Assembly: GCF_009834535.1 (NCBI RefSeq)
Contig: NC_045697.1
Location: 61,196,001 to 61,260,000 of the forward strand
Source of the DNA: Camelus ferus
Lineage: Eukaryota
Direction of reading: 5' to 3'
Length of the DNA: 64,000 nt
Under the pieces are notes generated by a model. The model was not told the DNA's origin. It worked only from the letters and a program-made list of their open reading frames with translations, and made no database searches. This document shows, piece after piece, positions 43,420 to 57,695 of this stretch (its first letter is position 1; each line of letters opens with the position of its first letter). The position numbers were made by a program, and so were the translations under genes.

Positions 43420-44690
43420 GTGTTTGTACTAGCTATTTCTCCTGCTTTGATTGAATTTTCCTATGTTTTTTTCTATTTTTTCATATGGTTGACTCCCTCA
43501 GATTCTCAGGGAGAAATTTTCATTTCAGTACAAGTGCCTGCTTCCACTCATTGTGATCAGTTACTAAACCATTACATCCTTTTACTTTCTCCAAACCACT
43601 TATTCATGGCCATTATTTTTAATGTTTATTTTCTATTTCTTTCTACTGGGGAAAAGTTACAAAACTCACAAAACATTGTTAATAGTTTTTTTTGTTTGTT
43701 TGTTTTTTGGTTTTTTTAGTCAATTATCTTTTAAAGGGATATAAGTAATAAGAAAAAAGTACTTATATTTTCAAAAGAAGTTGCCATTTCTTCCGTCCTT
43801 CATTTCTCTGGTTAGATCTAGGTTTTGATCTGGCATTGTTTTCCCTCTGCCCTTCCTTTAATAGTTCTTGTAGTTCAGCTCTACTGGTGATGAAATCTTT
43901 CAGCACCTTTGTATCTGAAAAACATTTATTATTCCTTTGCTTTTTGGAAGATATTTTTGCTGGGTATAGAATCCCAGGTTGACAATTTCCCTCATTATTT
44001 TCAAGATGTTACTTTCTGTGTACATCCTCATTGGGGCAATACCACCCTCAAGGGGGTGAAAATTTATTCTTAAGGCTGGAGGTGATCTTAAGGCTGGACG
44101 TCTCTCAAAAAAGGCACGGTATATACAGTATATATACAATATTGGACATATACCTGTATGTGTATTGGTATATATTAAACAGATACACCTTACATCCAAG
44201 GTATTGAGATTTCATCAGGCAGGAGCGATTAGGAAAGATTATATATATTTTAAAAGCCTTGTATGTTAAGAGTGATAATGAAAACAACGTGGAAAAACAC
44301 AGCTTTATTGTCTTTTACTTGCCTTGTTCTGATAAGAAATCTGCTATCATTTCTATATTTTTGTTCCTCTGCACATGTTCCAGAGCAATATGATTATATT
44401 ATGATTTGAGGGACTTTTCTATTTATTTGTTTGAGATTTGTTGAGATTCTTAAACATGTGGGTTTATTATTTTCATAAAATTGGAAAAACCCTAGCCATT
44501 ATTTCTTTAAATATTTTCTGCCCTGCCCCTTTTTCAAGGACCCCAATTACACATATATTAGGCAATCTGAAGTTGTTTCATAGATTTTCTCTATTTCATT
44601 TTGTATAGTTTCTTTAACTATCTTTTCAAGTTCACTAATCTTTTCTTCTGCCATGTCTAATCTTCCATTAATTTCATGTGTGATAAGAAT
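43420..44690 (-). mobile_element. Old L1 remnant (antisense, ORF1/inter-ORF-like), interrupted by a DNA transposon
   Basis: agatatttttgctgggtatagaat...ggttgacaa; tagccattatttctttaaatattttctg; tcaagttcactaatcttttcttctgc. Confidence 0.75.
44019..44300. mobile_element. MER96B-like hAT element
   Basis: catcctcattggggcaataccaccctcaagggggtgaaaatttattctt...gcgattaggaaa...gataatgaaaa...aaaacac resembles remembered MER96B ends. Confidence 0.65.
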
Positions 44691-47689
44691 AGTTATGCAT
44701 GTGTGTGTATGTGTGTAGGCACATTTGAGTAAAAAGGACAAGCATAAAATTACATGCCTTAAAAACGTTATTGTTCAAAGTCAGAAATTAACACATCCCT
44801 TCATACCGTAGGCCAAAAATTTCTGACTGAGTCCAATGCAGATGGCTATATTTAGGGACAATAATTTAAGTCATGAAATTAATTATATCCCTTCATTGCT
44901 AAGCCATGTAATGGCTTACAAAGCCATACAATCACATACAACAGGATTCTAAATTCTGTTCTAAAATGCATTTGAAATACTATGATAAGAGTAAGGCCAT
45001 TTTATTATAAACAATTCATTCATACTTAAGGCCACATCTATATAAACAAATGCTTAAAATTGATTTGATTTGATTTCAAATTATAAAAAATATAATACGT
45101 ACAATATTACCAAGATCCGTTTGAACAGAACAATGAAAACCAAAGCCAAGTTATAAAAGTTGGAGAGTAAAGACAGAAAAATTAAATCAGAAATCCCTGG
45201 CTAAATAATACAGTCACAAATGGGAACTTCCTGATGTCTATAACAGAAGAAAGTGAGGTGCATGCCGTTTGTTTTGTTTAGAAAATTGTATTGAACAGAT
45301 GACTATATACATAAAAGCCACTGAGAACAAAACAGATGATATCCTTAGAGTAGCCATATTTTTAAAAGCAGTGACTTTCCTCGTGCACATTGTTCCAACA
45401 TTGCTGTATTGCTACTATGACTACTACAATGTGGTGTCAGAAATGCTATTGTAAGGTGGTTTGTCTCCAAGATGAAGTAAAATATTAAAAAAAAAAGCCA
45501 ATATGCATTTGACATAATCCTTAAACCTATAGGTTTTTAAACTTTTTTCTGTACTGAAACACTCTTATTAAAAGAAATATATGATTGTCAATAATTTTGG
45601 TTTCAATATAATTACATTTACATGGTTTCTATGATACTAAAATGAGTATAGTGTCAGCACTCTGGATGGTATCTGACCACCTATTTTCCATGACAAGAGA
45701 AAAGGGCTTATCCAAATATATACTGAATACTTCATATCCAAGTAAGGAATAGAACCATGAAGCTCTCCTTAAAATTATAAGAATTTACTTTGTTAGAAAG
45801 AAATTGCTAGCTCCATTCTTTCCTAACCTGCATATAAATAGTTCCTGTTGGTGGAGCTCTAAATGAATAAACACATGCTAGATCAATCATTGTACAGATG
45901 GTATTGCATTTATTTTTGACCAATGTTTTACTAAGTAAAAGAGATGGTAAAAATGGCTCAAAATAAGTTAATTAGACCAGAAGTCTGCTTGTTTCTTCCA
46001 CAAGATTTTAGACCAAGAGCTTTGTAAAAGAAGAAGTTGGTTTGACTTTTGAGGGGAGCGTTAACAACTAATGGCTCTGCATTTTGGAGAACATGTAAAT
46101 ATCTTTTGAACATGAGACAGACCTGTGCTCTAATCATTCCTTTGATGAGTTTTTCTTTGAAAAGATGTATTTGTTTAAGATGTATATTGAGGACAGAAGG
46201 TATACACCTTTTTACTTCAAAAGAGGGATCATCACCATGGCTCAAGCATGCGTTTGACCTTATTCAGTGAAGTATCTTTATCCACTTCTTTGGAGGAATT
46301 GTTTTTAGAGTAATCATGTTGTTCTAATAAAATGACCTGGATTGGCATTACTGTTTTCAGATGAGATTCTTGAGATTGGATTTCCAGGCTATTTAGCACT
46401 GAATAATTTTCAACTATAGTTGTAATCTGTTTAGACTGGTGAAGTCTTAAATTACCATCTAGGTATAAATGAGCAAACATTTCATTAAAAGATGAAGAGT
46501 TTTATGACAATACCTTTCCTTGGAAAATCGAGCCACCTGAGCTTTTCTAATAGCTGGTGACATCCATTAGTGGTTTTCTCTGAAATTGAAAACATTTTCC
46601 ATCTGTTCACACACACTCATTACAAAGTAGTTAAGAGCCTGTGGGATCACAAAGGCACGTTTTGGCAAATTACAAAATATCAAAATGAGTTATTGAGGAG
46701 GCAGCAATGACTACATAATAAGCTGCTCAAACCTGCAATTGTCAGGTTTTGTCTAAGAAAAGACATCTGGATGCTAAAATCTAGTTTACCTCTTAATACT
46801 CTGGATTCTTCCATTTGATGGAATTTATTTCTCTGTCTGTGACCCCAATTTTTTTCTTCTAAGGGAATTTGTGTAATTTTGTGAGTTTTCAAAAATAAAG
46901 ACTTACTTTTTCAGTCTTTAGGGAACTGCCATTTAATAGATTCTCTTCAGAGGAACAAACTGGAGCAATGGATGTAAATAAATGCAGAAGATTCTGGTGA
47001 GCACCAAGAAGAATTTTGATTGTCAGACTACTAAATAATGGAAAATAAGCAGGGAGAGTGATAGAGGCTTGTCACCTGGATGCCTTCAGGAAGAGAATAC
47101 ACGGCCATCTCTGCTAAAAAACACCCCCTTGCCAAACTAACACGGAAAGTTCCAGATGATCTTTGACAAATGTTTCAGTGATTTCTTTTTCTGCTCTGAC
47201 CGAATAACATATTAACTATGAACAAGTTGCTTATGTGTTACCTAGAAGCTGTGATCTGAAGAAATGTGATAGATGACAGACAAAGTTCAACCGAAGGTGC
47301 GTAACAGAGCCTAGCACTAACAATCTCTGCAAGACAAGAAGAGTTAGGCCTTGGACGGTGACAGCGTGAGAGCTGAAAATGAAGCAGAGACAAAACACAG
47401 CATGGCTGCAAAAAGAAAACCTTATTTAGTCTTCAGTTTTTCCCAAGACTTATCTGCAAATATATACCTAGATATAAAATTATAGGTATTTCCTCTTTGA
47501 AATGTAACACACATTTTTCCATACTAGAATATTTTTAAAATACACATGTAAATACTATTTATTTTTATATCAACGTATAGGCTAAATATTAAAATTCAAT
47601 GAAAGAAAGAAATGGTATTCCAGATTTAATTTTCCCTAGGCAATTTTTTCAAAGCGATCTATATTGCATGAGTTATTTCTCAAGAACTG

Positions 47690-47748
47690 GAAAGAAGGGA
47701 AGGAAGGAAGGAAGGATAGAAGGAGAGGAAGGGGGAAGGAGGGAAAGA
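47690..47748 (+). repeat. (GGAA)n-like purine tract
   Basis: gaaagaagggaaggaaggaaggaaggatagaaggagaggaagggggaaggagggaaaga. Confidence 0.8.
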
Positions 47749-50700
47749 AGCAAATACTTTCAAACTAATATATGGTATTGTAATACCATAATCTCTAGCA
47801 TTCACTATTTAACATCATGCTCCAACAATTTTTCAGATATTTTTGAAGATGCAAATGAAAATGAAACTGGAAGAAGAATAACAAAGGATTTTCAACAGCA
47901 TTTCTCAGTGTTTAGTAGTCCTGGGCAATATGGTTGTTTCAAATCTAAGCCTCACTAATTATAATGATCAAATACTAGTTTTAACACTTCTACATTTTAA
48001 TTTTTGTTTCCCAGGCAAGTCGAGTTTAATGACCTTCAATATTATAGAATTAGTTCAAACTGTCTGCTAGAGAGCTAATATGTCTGCTATCTCCAAAAAC
48101 ATTCCCTAAGAAAACAGAAAGTGAAAAAACTCTGTAGTTAAATATGTAAGAATTTCTCATCAGAAAATATTTGGAAGTTTTGATGTGCACCAGGAGTGTT
48201 GATTCATTTTTTTTGTTTCTTTCAAGATTCTTTTCCTTTTCTACATTAAACATTGAATATTCCTTTCTATTTTCTAGACCCTTTCAGCCATAATACAGTA
48301 TCTAAAATATTTTTCTACCACCCCTGTTTTCCATACCACTCCTCATCTATTAATAAAATGAGAATGTATGAAAGAAATCAGCTGTTGGATCGCTCATTAA
48401 TGTATCAGTGTTTGCATACACAGGCAGTCTATTCTAAATGGTACATTCCTGGAATAACTCTTCTTCATTTATTTGAAAACTGCTATGTGGCATACATACA
48501 ATTGTGAGTAAGAAGAAATATTTTCTTATGACATCTGCTTTGAATATTTTCAGGAAGATTAACCTTTAAAACTCGAAGATGTTTGTATCAAAACTTAAAA
48601 TAAAACCATTAAACACAGGTAAGACTACCTCTAGGATGAAATGGAGATTTCAGCCCCAAATTCTATGCTGAACAGAACCTTGGCTCAGTTTGTGGTAAAT
48701 GCCTTAAGAATTTTTGTAATACTAGTATCAACTCTTATCCAGTGGAAGACAGCTCATTCTCATTCAAGATGGACAATACCAAGTGCTGCAAGTTTGTATT
48801 TTGAGGCCAAATTCTTTTACATATTTTACATTTTATAATAGATTTGACTTCAAATTGACTTCAGTAATAAAGTTCCAAAAAAATCACATAAATTCTGCCT
48901 TTATCAGCTGTGATGAAAATGCAGTTTATATACCAAAGACTTAAATGAAACTGAGCTGAGGTTGGTGGGAGTCAGGCAGGGAGGGGCCTAACAAGAATAA
49001 AGTAGCTAACCCCAAAGAAATTCAAGCCACTTCAAAATCCACAAACTACTTATTTGGTTTACATCAGAACGTGGTAGTAAATTCTAAGCATATTTGCTAT
49101 AGGAAGATGCTAGTGTTGTCTTAGCTCACTGGAACAAGGGACAGTAGAAGGCATGGACTGAGGGGAGCTATTGACAAATAGGGGTGGGCTGAATGAATTT
49201 TTAGCAGTTCAGATACACATATTGTAGACCTAGTGTTTCTGAGAATGGTTTTAAAGCTGCAGTGTACACGTATGACAATGTTATTAAACAAAAGAGGTAA
49301 ACATTCAAGACAATTAAAGTGAATGGCATACTTTAACATAATAAACATGCATCAAAGATTTCTGAGGTTAGATATACTTTTATCAATGCTGTGTAAGTAT
49401 ACATCAGAATTTTTTTTCTACAATGAAATAGGTCTTCTTAGATAAAACCCAGATATCTTTAGGATTTTCTATCAAAACACCCAATTTTTATTCTCAGTAT
49501 TCTTCAGGCACAGTAAGCACATTTTTGAAGTGGAGAGAAATAGATTAATAGATACAAATAACCTTAATTAAACATCAAGTTAAGTATTTACTGCTCAGTT
49601 GTACATTTGTGAAGATCAAATATAAAATGCTCCAAATCTGCAGTTAAAAGATCAGGTTTCAATCAAAGTTTCATTACTTAGAGTTCATGGAAAGTTACAG
49701 AATTAAATTAAACTCTTCAAATTAAAATTTGGGCATTCTAGTAATTATCACATTTAGTGGCTGTGAAAATGATGCTATCTCCAATTATTGCCTAAGTCAG
49801 TAGTAATTATTTTATTCAAGGGATTATAAACATTGCTTTACAAAATCAGTATAAATAAAATATTTGTAATTGAAGATGGGTTTTGTTTATAAATGTTTTC
49901 TTAAAGTAGGCAAATAATAAAGTACAGTCAACAGAGAAATTTTTTTGAAAACCTACTGTTTGTGTAACATAACAAAGAATGCAACTCAAGAATAATATTT
50001 TACAGGCAATAGAAGACATATGATCTCTTCAAGGGCAGCAGGCAGCAGTAAAGCAATAATGTTAGAAATAAATGTTTCTGAAGAAGTAGAAGGCATCAAC
50101 TATGAAGAAAAATAAACATGTCCCCGTAAAATTAAAAGAATTAAAAGAAGAAAAGAAGAAAAGAATATAGGACCACAGATTTTGAAAATCACTTCTAATT
50201 GTTCAAAATTATTTGTGATGAGAGACATCATAGCTATCTTTTTCTTAAAAAAAATATTACTAATAAGAATTTTTGTTACATTTTTCTCTCAGCAGCATTG
50301 TTAATAGCAGATATTACCACATGATGAATAAATGAAAGTACTGAATGAAAACCGCTAGTCTTTAGAAGCTTACATTATATCCTCATTTATCTAATCACAT
50401 ATATGGCACATCAACTCTTTGCAATATTAGCTAATATAATTATGGAGACAGCAGAAAAACTTGTTAAAAACTAAGTCAGTTAAGAAGTAATCTGCTAATC
50501 CTCCTCTTCTTAAATTAAGCATGTTTGAAGACAAGTAATTCATTGGATGGTTCAGAGAAGACATGGGCCCACAGACCATAGAGCCTGCAGAGATTTTTTT
50601 TTTTGAAAAGGAAATAGATCATATTATAAAACCTTTTATGACATGAATAAGTGATCCTAAAAAACTTTTAGATGTCTCATGCTCATTGCTAACTAAATAT

Positions 50701-50865
50701 AGAATTGTCTGTCCACTGCTTAAAATTTTTTTTTACTATATCTAGTTAAGAAAACAGAAAATTTAGTGTTATGGAATAAAAACATTAAATGTTGATATAA
50801 TAATTTAAGGAAAATAACAAGGATTTTGAGTTCAGCAGACCTAATTCCATTCTTGGTTTTGCCTC

Positions 50866-51345
50866 TATTGAAGAAAAAAAATATCCTGACACTTGTTAAA
50901 ATGGTAAGGAAGACTATTCCCAGCTACTGTGATACGTGTCAAGACTACAGCCATAGGGGAGTGAGACTGAGCTCAGATCCAAATACAAGGAAAAGGGAAT
51001 ACAGCCAAGGACCAGGTTGGAGGCGGGTGTTGGTGGATGCAAAATTACTAAGAGGCGACATCAGGGGTAGGGGGAATTCTTGCTAAATTGACTCAGGATT
51101 TTTGCGGAAAGCAGGCTAAGGACTTAGCATCAAAGGCAGGGGATAAGGAATCCGATCATACATAGAGGGTGGAAGATTCTCTCTGAACTGGCTTAGCAGG
51201 ATACTTGCAAAAACTGGACTATGCGGGCCTACCAGACAGGGGCCACAGTCTGTCCTGGTCCAGAAGAGGGCTTAGAGGAGTCTGAGTTTCGGAGTTCCTG
51301 AGGAGTTACTGAAGAGTAAAGTTCAGGCAGGGAGAATCTCTTTCA
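50866..51345 (-). mobile_element. ERV1 solo LTR (MER31/MER67 group) nested in a MIR
   Basis: Minus strand reads tgaaagagattctc...tccagtttttgcaagtatcctgctaagccagttcagagagaatc...ccttaccattttaacaagtgtcag. The flanks rejoin as a MIR core (ttttgcc|acttataatctgtgtgacctt). Confidence 0.75.
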
Positions 51346-52694
51346 CCACTTATAATCTGTGTGACCTTCTTAATACGCCAAAATAAACATCAAATTCCAT
51401 AGCAGCAAAACTGAGGTGATATTGATCTCATGAAGTTGTTACAAGACAACGTGTCTTTGGTACCTGTGTTGGTGCTGGTCCAGCTAGATATACAGCTTTC
51501 ACATACCTGCATTCCTCATGGTCTTAGGCTGGATTTGAGTCAAGAGAAGTGAGACTCTTCTAACCACAGGGCCTTTCTTCCACGTGAATTTCAAAGAAAC
51601 ATTTTCAACCCCCTGGCTTTAACATTCACAGTTGTTGAAATTTTCACAGGTAGAAACCCAACACAATATTTTAAACTCCAGAGACTTAGTATGGCTACCA
51701 GTTGCCCCAAGGAAATGGTAACTTAACTTTTAGTTTTGTTCTGAATGAGAAGAAAAAGAATAAGATTACATAATCAATATTTTTTTCTTCTCCATTCCAC
51801 CTGGGCATCGTATTTCATCTCATATTCATGAGTTTAGAAATGATTTCAAACACTAAATGATGATGAAAGAAGTATGGTGTTAGGGAACAATCAGGGCTTG
51901 TCTTACATGACCAATGTTAAGTCTAAATAAGGTAAAATTAAAGGAGAAACATGGCCACTGTTCGTAGGACCTCTCATCAGACTCTTTTTCACCAGGGAAG
52001 AATCAGTGTGAAAGAACACTCGATGTGCGTGTGTGTATGTGTCCTTGTCCAGCTGTCAGGTATTGTATTTTAAAATGTCATTTATTCTCAAAACAAAGTC
52101 TGGACTAGATGTTTTGAAGCTGACTTTGTAGACTGTGAAATAAAGACAAGTAGGTCTCAAGGCATTCTATTTTTTTTAAGGGCAAAACTCTGTATTATTT
52201 TCTCTTCAAAGAAAGATTTTTATTCTATAATACTTTAAATTTTTGTCTATTACTGTGTAAGAATAAACTGTATTTAAATGTGCCTATCTAGCTTTTTAAA
52301 CAAATTTATGACATTTTGCAAATGAGTAACAGGATTAATCCATGAGATTGGGAATACTGTTTTCCTTAACTTTATATATATAACTTTTTCTCATCTAAAC
52401 CAATTTTTTGCCATATGAACAATTGTTTGTAAAGCATTGGTTTTATGAATTTGAATGTTATTTTTATTTATGTTATTCTTTACCATAAGAAATCCTCATG
52501 GTAAATTTTCAACAAAGATTTCCTCAACATTCTCTGTCAGGTTAGGAGAGAGGAAAATTTTACTAAGTAGAGAAATTGTGAAGGTCTATTCCAGATTCAC
52601 TTTTTCAGCTCAAGTTAAAAGACTACTTTTCTTTTTACATTTTAAATACTTTGTTCTTCAAATATTGATTCTCTAATTCCTACAAATTTGTGAA

Positions 52695-52945
52695 AGATAA
52701 TAACAATGAAAACACTTACTACCCATTGACTACCTACCATGTTCTAGTCAATATTGTGCTTATGGCATTCATTTTCTCCCAAACTATCTCTATGATTGAT
52801 AGATAATATTATTTTTATTTTACAGATGTGAACATTCCGGCTTACTACACATCAGAAACTTACCCAAGGCTGCACAGCAGCCAGGTGGCAAAGCTAAGAT
52901 TTTAATAAATGTCTGGGTCATTCTTGAGTTCTCTTTCCATTACAT
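52695..52945 (-). mobile_element. MIR SINE
   Basis: attttacagatgtgaac...aaacttacccaaggctgcacagc...ggcaaagctaagattt. Confidence 0.75.
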
Positions 52946-53399
52946 AAAACAGCTTTGACAGCTCTCTCTCTACGGTTGATCCAGCTTCTGCTGACCAAAC
53001 TAGTAACTATCTGATAAAACAGCTTACAGTTTTACCCTTTAAAAGTTTTTGTCTTTGATTCTGGTTTTTGGTTCTTTCTAAAGGGGTTAATATTAACTGA
53101 AGCCAGAAAATGGCTTTAGGCAGAAAAGAACCTGATATCTTATTCCCAGGATCAAAATAAAAGCCCACACTCTCCCTTTGTCAAAATGTGCTTCAGTCCA
53201 GGTTTTGGACTGAAAAATAAAGGAATAAAAAATGTTCTGGATAAAATTCAACTCTGAGGTGATTATTCCAACCTAAATAGGACTTTGGTCTGGCCTGTAC
53301 CTTGAGAAAGGGATCTGAAATTTCTGTTGAATGGTTATATCACCTGCAGGTTACATTACCTGCCCAGATAGCAGATATTTGTGATGATTTCCAAAGCCC

Positions 53400-56300
53400 T
53401 CAGGCACATGGCTATGAAGGCCAGTAGGGCTTACTTTCAGGAGGGCCAGAGGACAGTGGGAAACAGAGACTCCACCCTTAGAGGGTGCGTACAAAATCTC
53501 ACATGCTCGGGGACCCAGAGCAGAAATAGGAATTTGAAAGGAACCTGGGGAAGCCCCACCTGCTGATCTTAGAGAGCCTCCTGGAGAGGCAGGCGGCAAC
53601 TGGAGCTCACCATATGGATAGGGACATTGGCAGTATCCATTTTGGGGAGCTCATTCTACCATGAGGACACTGGTGTTGGCAAGCACTATTTTGGAATTCT
53701 TGTAGCTTATCAGTGTTGGAACCAGTCCCACCACCAGCCGGTTGACATCAGTATTGGGATGCTTCAGGCCAAGAAGCTAGCTGGCCAGGGACACAGACCC
53801 ACCTACTAGCACACCAACTTCCTGAAGGCCCCCTGAGCCAATAGCTACTTTGGGACACAGCCCTGTCCACCAGTGGGCCCCAGGACCTTCCCTGCACACC
53901 AGTGCACCAGGACTAGCCCTGAGATCCCTGGGATGACACAGCCAGATGTTGGGACACAGTCCCAGCCACCAGTGGGCCAAAACAAACTCTGAGGAGCCCG
54001 GGGCCCTGCAGCTGGCAACTCTGTGACCCGGCTATATCCACCAGTAAACTTGCACTAGCTCTAGAACCACCATAGCCTCTCAGTCTGCCATGTCAGGAAA
54101 CAGCCCTCCCACCAGTAGAATGGCACAAGCCCCAAAAGCTCCTGGGATCCAGCTCCCCACCCATCAGTTGGTCAACACCAGCTCTGAGACACCTTGGACC
54201 CCTCAGCCAGCAGCCCCAGAATCTGGCCCAACCTACCAGTAGGCCAAGACCAACTTCAGGAACCTTCAGGACCCTGCAGCCAGAAACCCTGGGACCTGAT
54301 TCCAGTCACAAATAGTCTGGCACTAGCCCTGGGTTACACGGGGCCCCAGCTTCTCTCAACAGGCTGACACCAGCTTTTCTACTCCCCAGACCCTGCAGCC
54401 AGCCATGTCAGGTAGCAGCTCCACCCACCAGCAGGCTGACACCAGATCCAAGATCCCTGACCCTGCAACTACCCACCTGGAGTTCAGATGCACGCACCAG
54501 TAGGCCAGCACTAACCAGGGGATCCTCCAAGAATGCACAGCCAGCTGCCTCATGATCCAGCCTAGCCCACTGGTGGATGACAGCCTCCCCACAAGTCAGG
54601 GCCTGGCAACTGACCAGACTAGGGGCCAGTCATGCAGACCAGACCACCCATAATCGTCTGCTTGCCACAACAGAAGGACCTAATGAATGCAGATACAAAA
54701 ATCCTCAACAAAATATTAACTAATCAAATTCAAACAATACATAAAAAGGAATCATACACCATGATCAAGTGAGGGATACAAAGATGGTTCAATAACTGCA
54801 GTTCAGTCAGTGAGATATTCCACAGTAACAAATTGAAAAATCAAATTCATATGATCATCTCAATAGATGCAGAAAAAGCTTTGACAACACTCAATATCTA
54901 TTTATGTAAAAACTCTCACAAAGTGGGTATAGAGGGAATATACCTCAACATAATAAAGACTATATAATGACAAGCCCACAGTTAGTATCATACTCAATGG
55001 TGAAAAGCTCAAAATACTTTTTCTAAGACCAGGAACAAAGAAAGGATGCCCACTTTTGCCACTTTTATTCACAAAGTATTGGAAGTTCTAGCCACAGCAA
55101 TTAGGAAAGAAAAAGAAAAGAGGGAATCCAAATTGCAAGGAAAAAGTAAAACTGTCACTATTTGCAAATGGCCCAATATCATACATAGAAAATCCTAAAG
55201 ACACCACCAAAAACAATTTCAACTTATCAATGAACTCGGTAAAGTTGAAGGATATAATGCTGATATAGAGAAATGTGTTGCATTTCTATATACTAATAAT
55301 GAGCTATCAGAAATTAAGAAAATAATCCCATTTACAACTACATCAAAAAAGAATAAAATACTGAGGAATAAATCTAACCCAGGTGTTAAAAGACTAGTAC
55401 TGGGAAAACTATAAGACAAGAATGAAAGAAATTAAAGACCAATACAAACAGATGGCAAGGTACACTGTGTTCATGCACTGGAGGAATTAATATTGTTACA
55501 ATAACTGTACTACCCAAGGCAATCTACAGATTCAATGCAATTCCTATCAAAATATCAATTTTATTTTTCATAGAACTAGAACAAACAATTCTAAAATTTT
55601 TATGGAAAAATAAAGCCAAAACAATGTTGAAAAAGAGAGTCAATAATAGTCAAAATACTCTTGAGGGAGAAGAACAAAGCTGGAGATGTCATGCCGCCTG
55701 ATTTCAAACTATACTATAAAGCTACCATAATCAAAACAGTATGGTACTGGCACAAAAGCACACTGGCCTATGGGACAGAATAGCGAGCCAGAATTGAACC
55801 CACACTTATATGGGCAATCAAACTACAACAAAAGGGACGAGAAAGTACAACGAGGAAAAGACAGCCTCTTCAATAAATGATGTTCAGAAAACTATGGCTA
55901 CATACAAAAGAATCAAACTATACTAATTTTTCATACCATGTACAAAAACTAATTCAAAATGGACTAAAGAATTAAATGTAAACCTGAAACCATAAAACTT
56001 CTAAAAGAAAATACAGGCAGTAAGCTCTTTGACAGTAAACTTAGTAATACTTTTTGGATGTGTCTCCTCAAGGCAAGGGAAACAGAAAAGGCAAGGGACT
56101 ATATCAATGAAAAAGCTCTTGTATAGCAAAGGAAATTATCATGAAATGAAAAGTCCACCTACTGAATGGGAATGTATCTTTGTATAGTGACATAACAGAC
56201 TTATCAGGGTAATCATTTTGAAATGTCTAGAAATACTGAACCACTATAGTGGGTACCAGGAATTACCGTAGTATTGTAAGTCAATTATACTTCAAAAAAA

Positions 56301-56695
56301 AACAAAATAACAAATTGATAGATCAGAAATTTTGGTTACCAGATGTGGAGGGTGGAGGGTGGAGGGTGGCAGAATTGGATAAAAGCAGTCAAAATGTACA
56401 AACTTCCAGTTATAAGATAAATGAGTACTAGGGGTATAAAATACAACATGATAAACATAATTAACACTGATGAATGTTATATATGAAAGTTGTTGAGAGT
56501 AAATCCTAAAAGTTCTCATCACGAGGAAATATTTTTTCTATTTTAAAATTTTTTTTAACTATGTGAGATGATGGATGTTCACTAAACTCATTGTGTTCAT
56601 CATTTCATGATGTATGTAGGTCAAGTCATTATTCCACTTAAAACATATACAGTGTTGTATATCAATTATATGTCAATGAAAGTGGAAGAAAAAAG
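53400..56695 (+). mobile_element. Older L1 with a GC-rich repetitive 5'UTR joined directly to the RT region of ORF2, followed by 3'UTR
   Basis: 53400-54680 is C-rich with recurring ccaccagtgg units. From ~54681: atgcagatacaaaaatcctcaac, gatcatctcaatagatgcagaaaaagc and aaacagtatggtactggcac. The 3'UTR carries aaacttccagttataagataaatgagtactagg. Confidence 0.88.
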
Positions 56696-57487
56696 TAATA
56701 GATTTTTTTAAAAAGTGATTCCCACTACATGGATATGGAGGCCTGTCTAACACATGTTCCACAAAAGGCCAAGGCTCAAATGTGCGTGCTCCATAAGGGT
56801 CTGTTGTTTGTTTTAGGTCTTGCTGTATCCCTTGATCTTCAGTAGCTTCCCAGTAAACATGTGCATAATAAATGTTTTATTATTCATTTGCAATACCAGT
56901 TTAAGGATGGAAGAGTTGGAAGAGGAAGAGGGAGATATATTTTTTTCTTTCTAGTTTTCAATAGTCAATTGTATGGCAGAGGGATTTTATTCCAAGATTT
57001 TATTTGAATGGTCTGAGAAGCAATGAAATTGAGATCATGAACAATTTGTATAAATCAATCCACTAATGATAATACTGGAATTTAGGTCCCTGGGGTCTCT
57101 GCTGGAGGCGCTCTCTAACGAACATGAGAACTAGTAACACGGGAGACCGCAGGTGCAGGGACCATACCTTATACTCAGCATTGTATCTCCAACTCCTCCT
57201 ACCTTGGTTAGGCACAGATCTGAAATGTGAACCACAAAACTTCAGTTCAGGAAAAAGCAGAGAAGGTCAGTGAAGGAGAGGACTGAGCTTAGCACCAAGC
57301 CTTGACAGAAAAATAGCTGCTGTCCCAGTTCCTGGGAGGACATGATATAAACTCCTCACAGAAAAGTAAGTAAGCCTGAAAGAGCAAGGCTACCTTGTGA
57401 GGTCAAAAGAACATGAATCAGTCAGGGTTTCCAACAGCAACCAAAAGAGAAGACAGTTCTCTCCACCTGGGGTGGGATAATTTTTAC

Positions 57488-57695
57488 TAATAGCTATTAT
57501 AGAAGGACTCTTACGTTCCAGGTGCTCTGTATCCGTTATTTCTAATCTACCAGTAACCTTCCAAGGTCACGTTTTCTTTTTATTTGAGGAAACTAAAACC
57601 TAGTAGGTCGAGTAACTTTCCCATAGCCACACAGAGATGGGATTAAAAATCTATGCCTGTCTGATTTTAATACCTCTATCTTTTACATTATACCA
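57488..57695 (-). mobile_element. MIR SINE
   Basis: aatagcta...tgaggaaactaaaacctag...gagtaactttcccatagccacacag. Confidence 0.7.

Noticed and set aside
44068..44098. 13-bp direct repeat tcttaaggctgga
   Set aside because: A small local duplication inside a decayed DNA transposon, with nothing suggesting function.
47599..47958. 119-aa ORF as a host coding exon
   Set aside because: It runs through a GGAA low-complexity tract, has no recognisable domain and no convincing splice donor.
53780..54600. CRISPR-like or novel regularly spaced repeat array
   Set aside because: The units are degenerate along their whole length with no unique spacers, and they lie at the 5' end of an L1; consistent with 5'UTR monomers.
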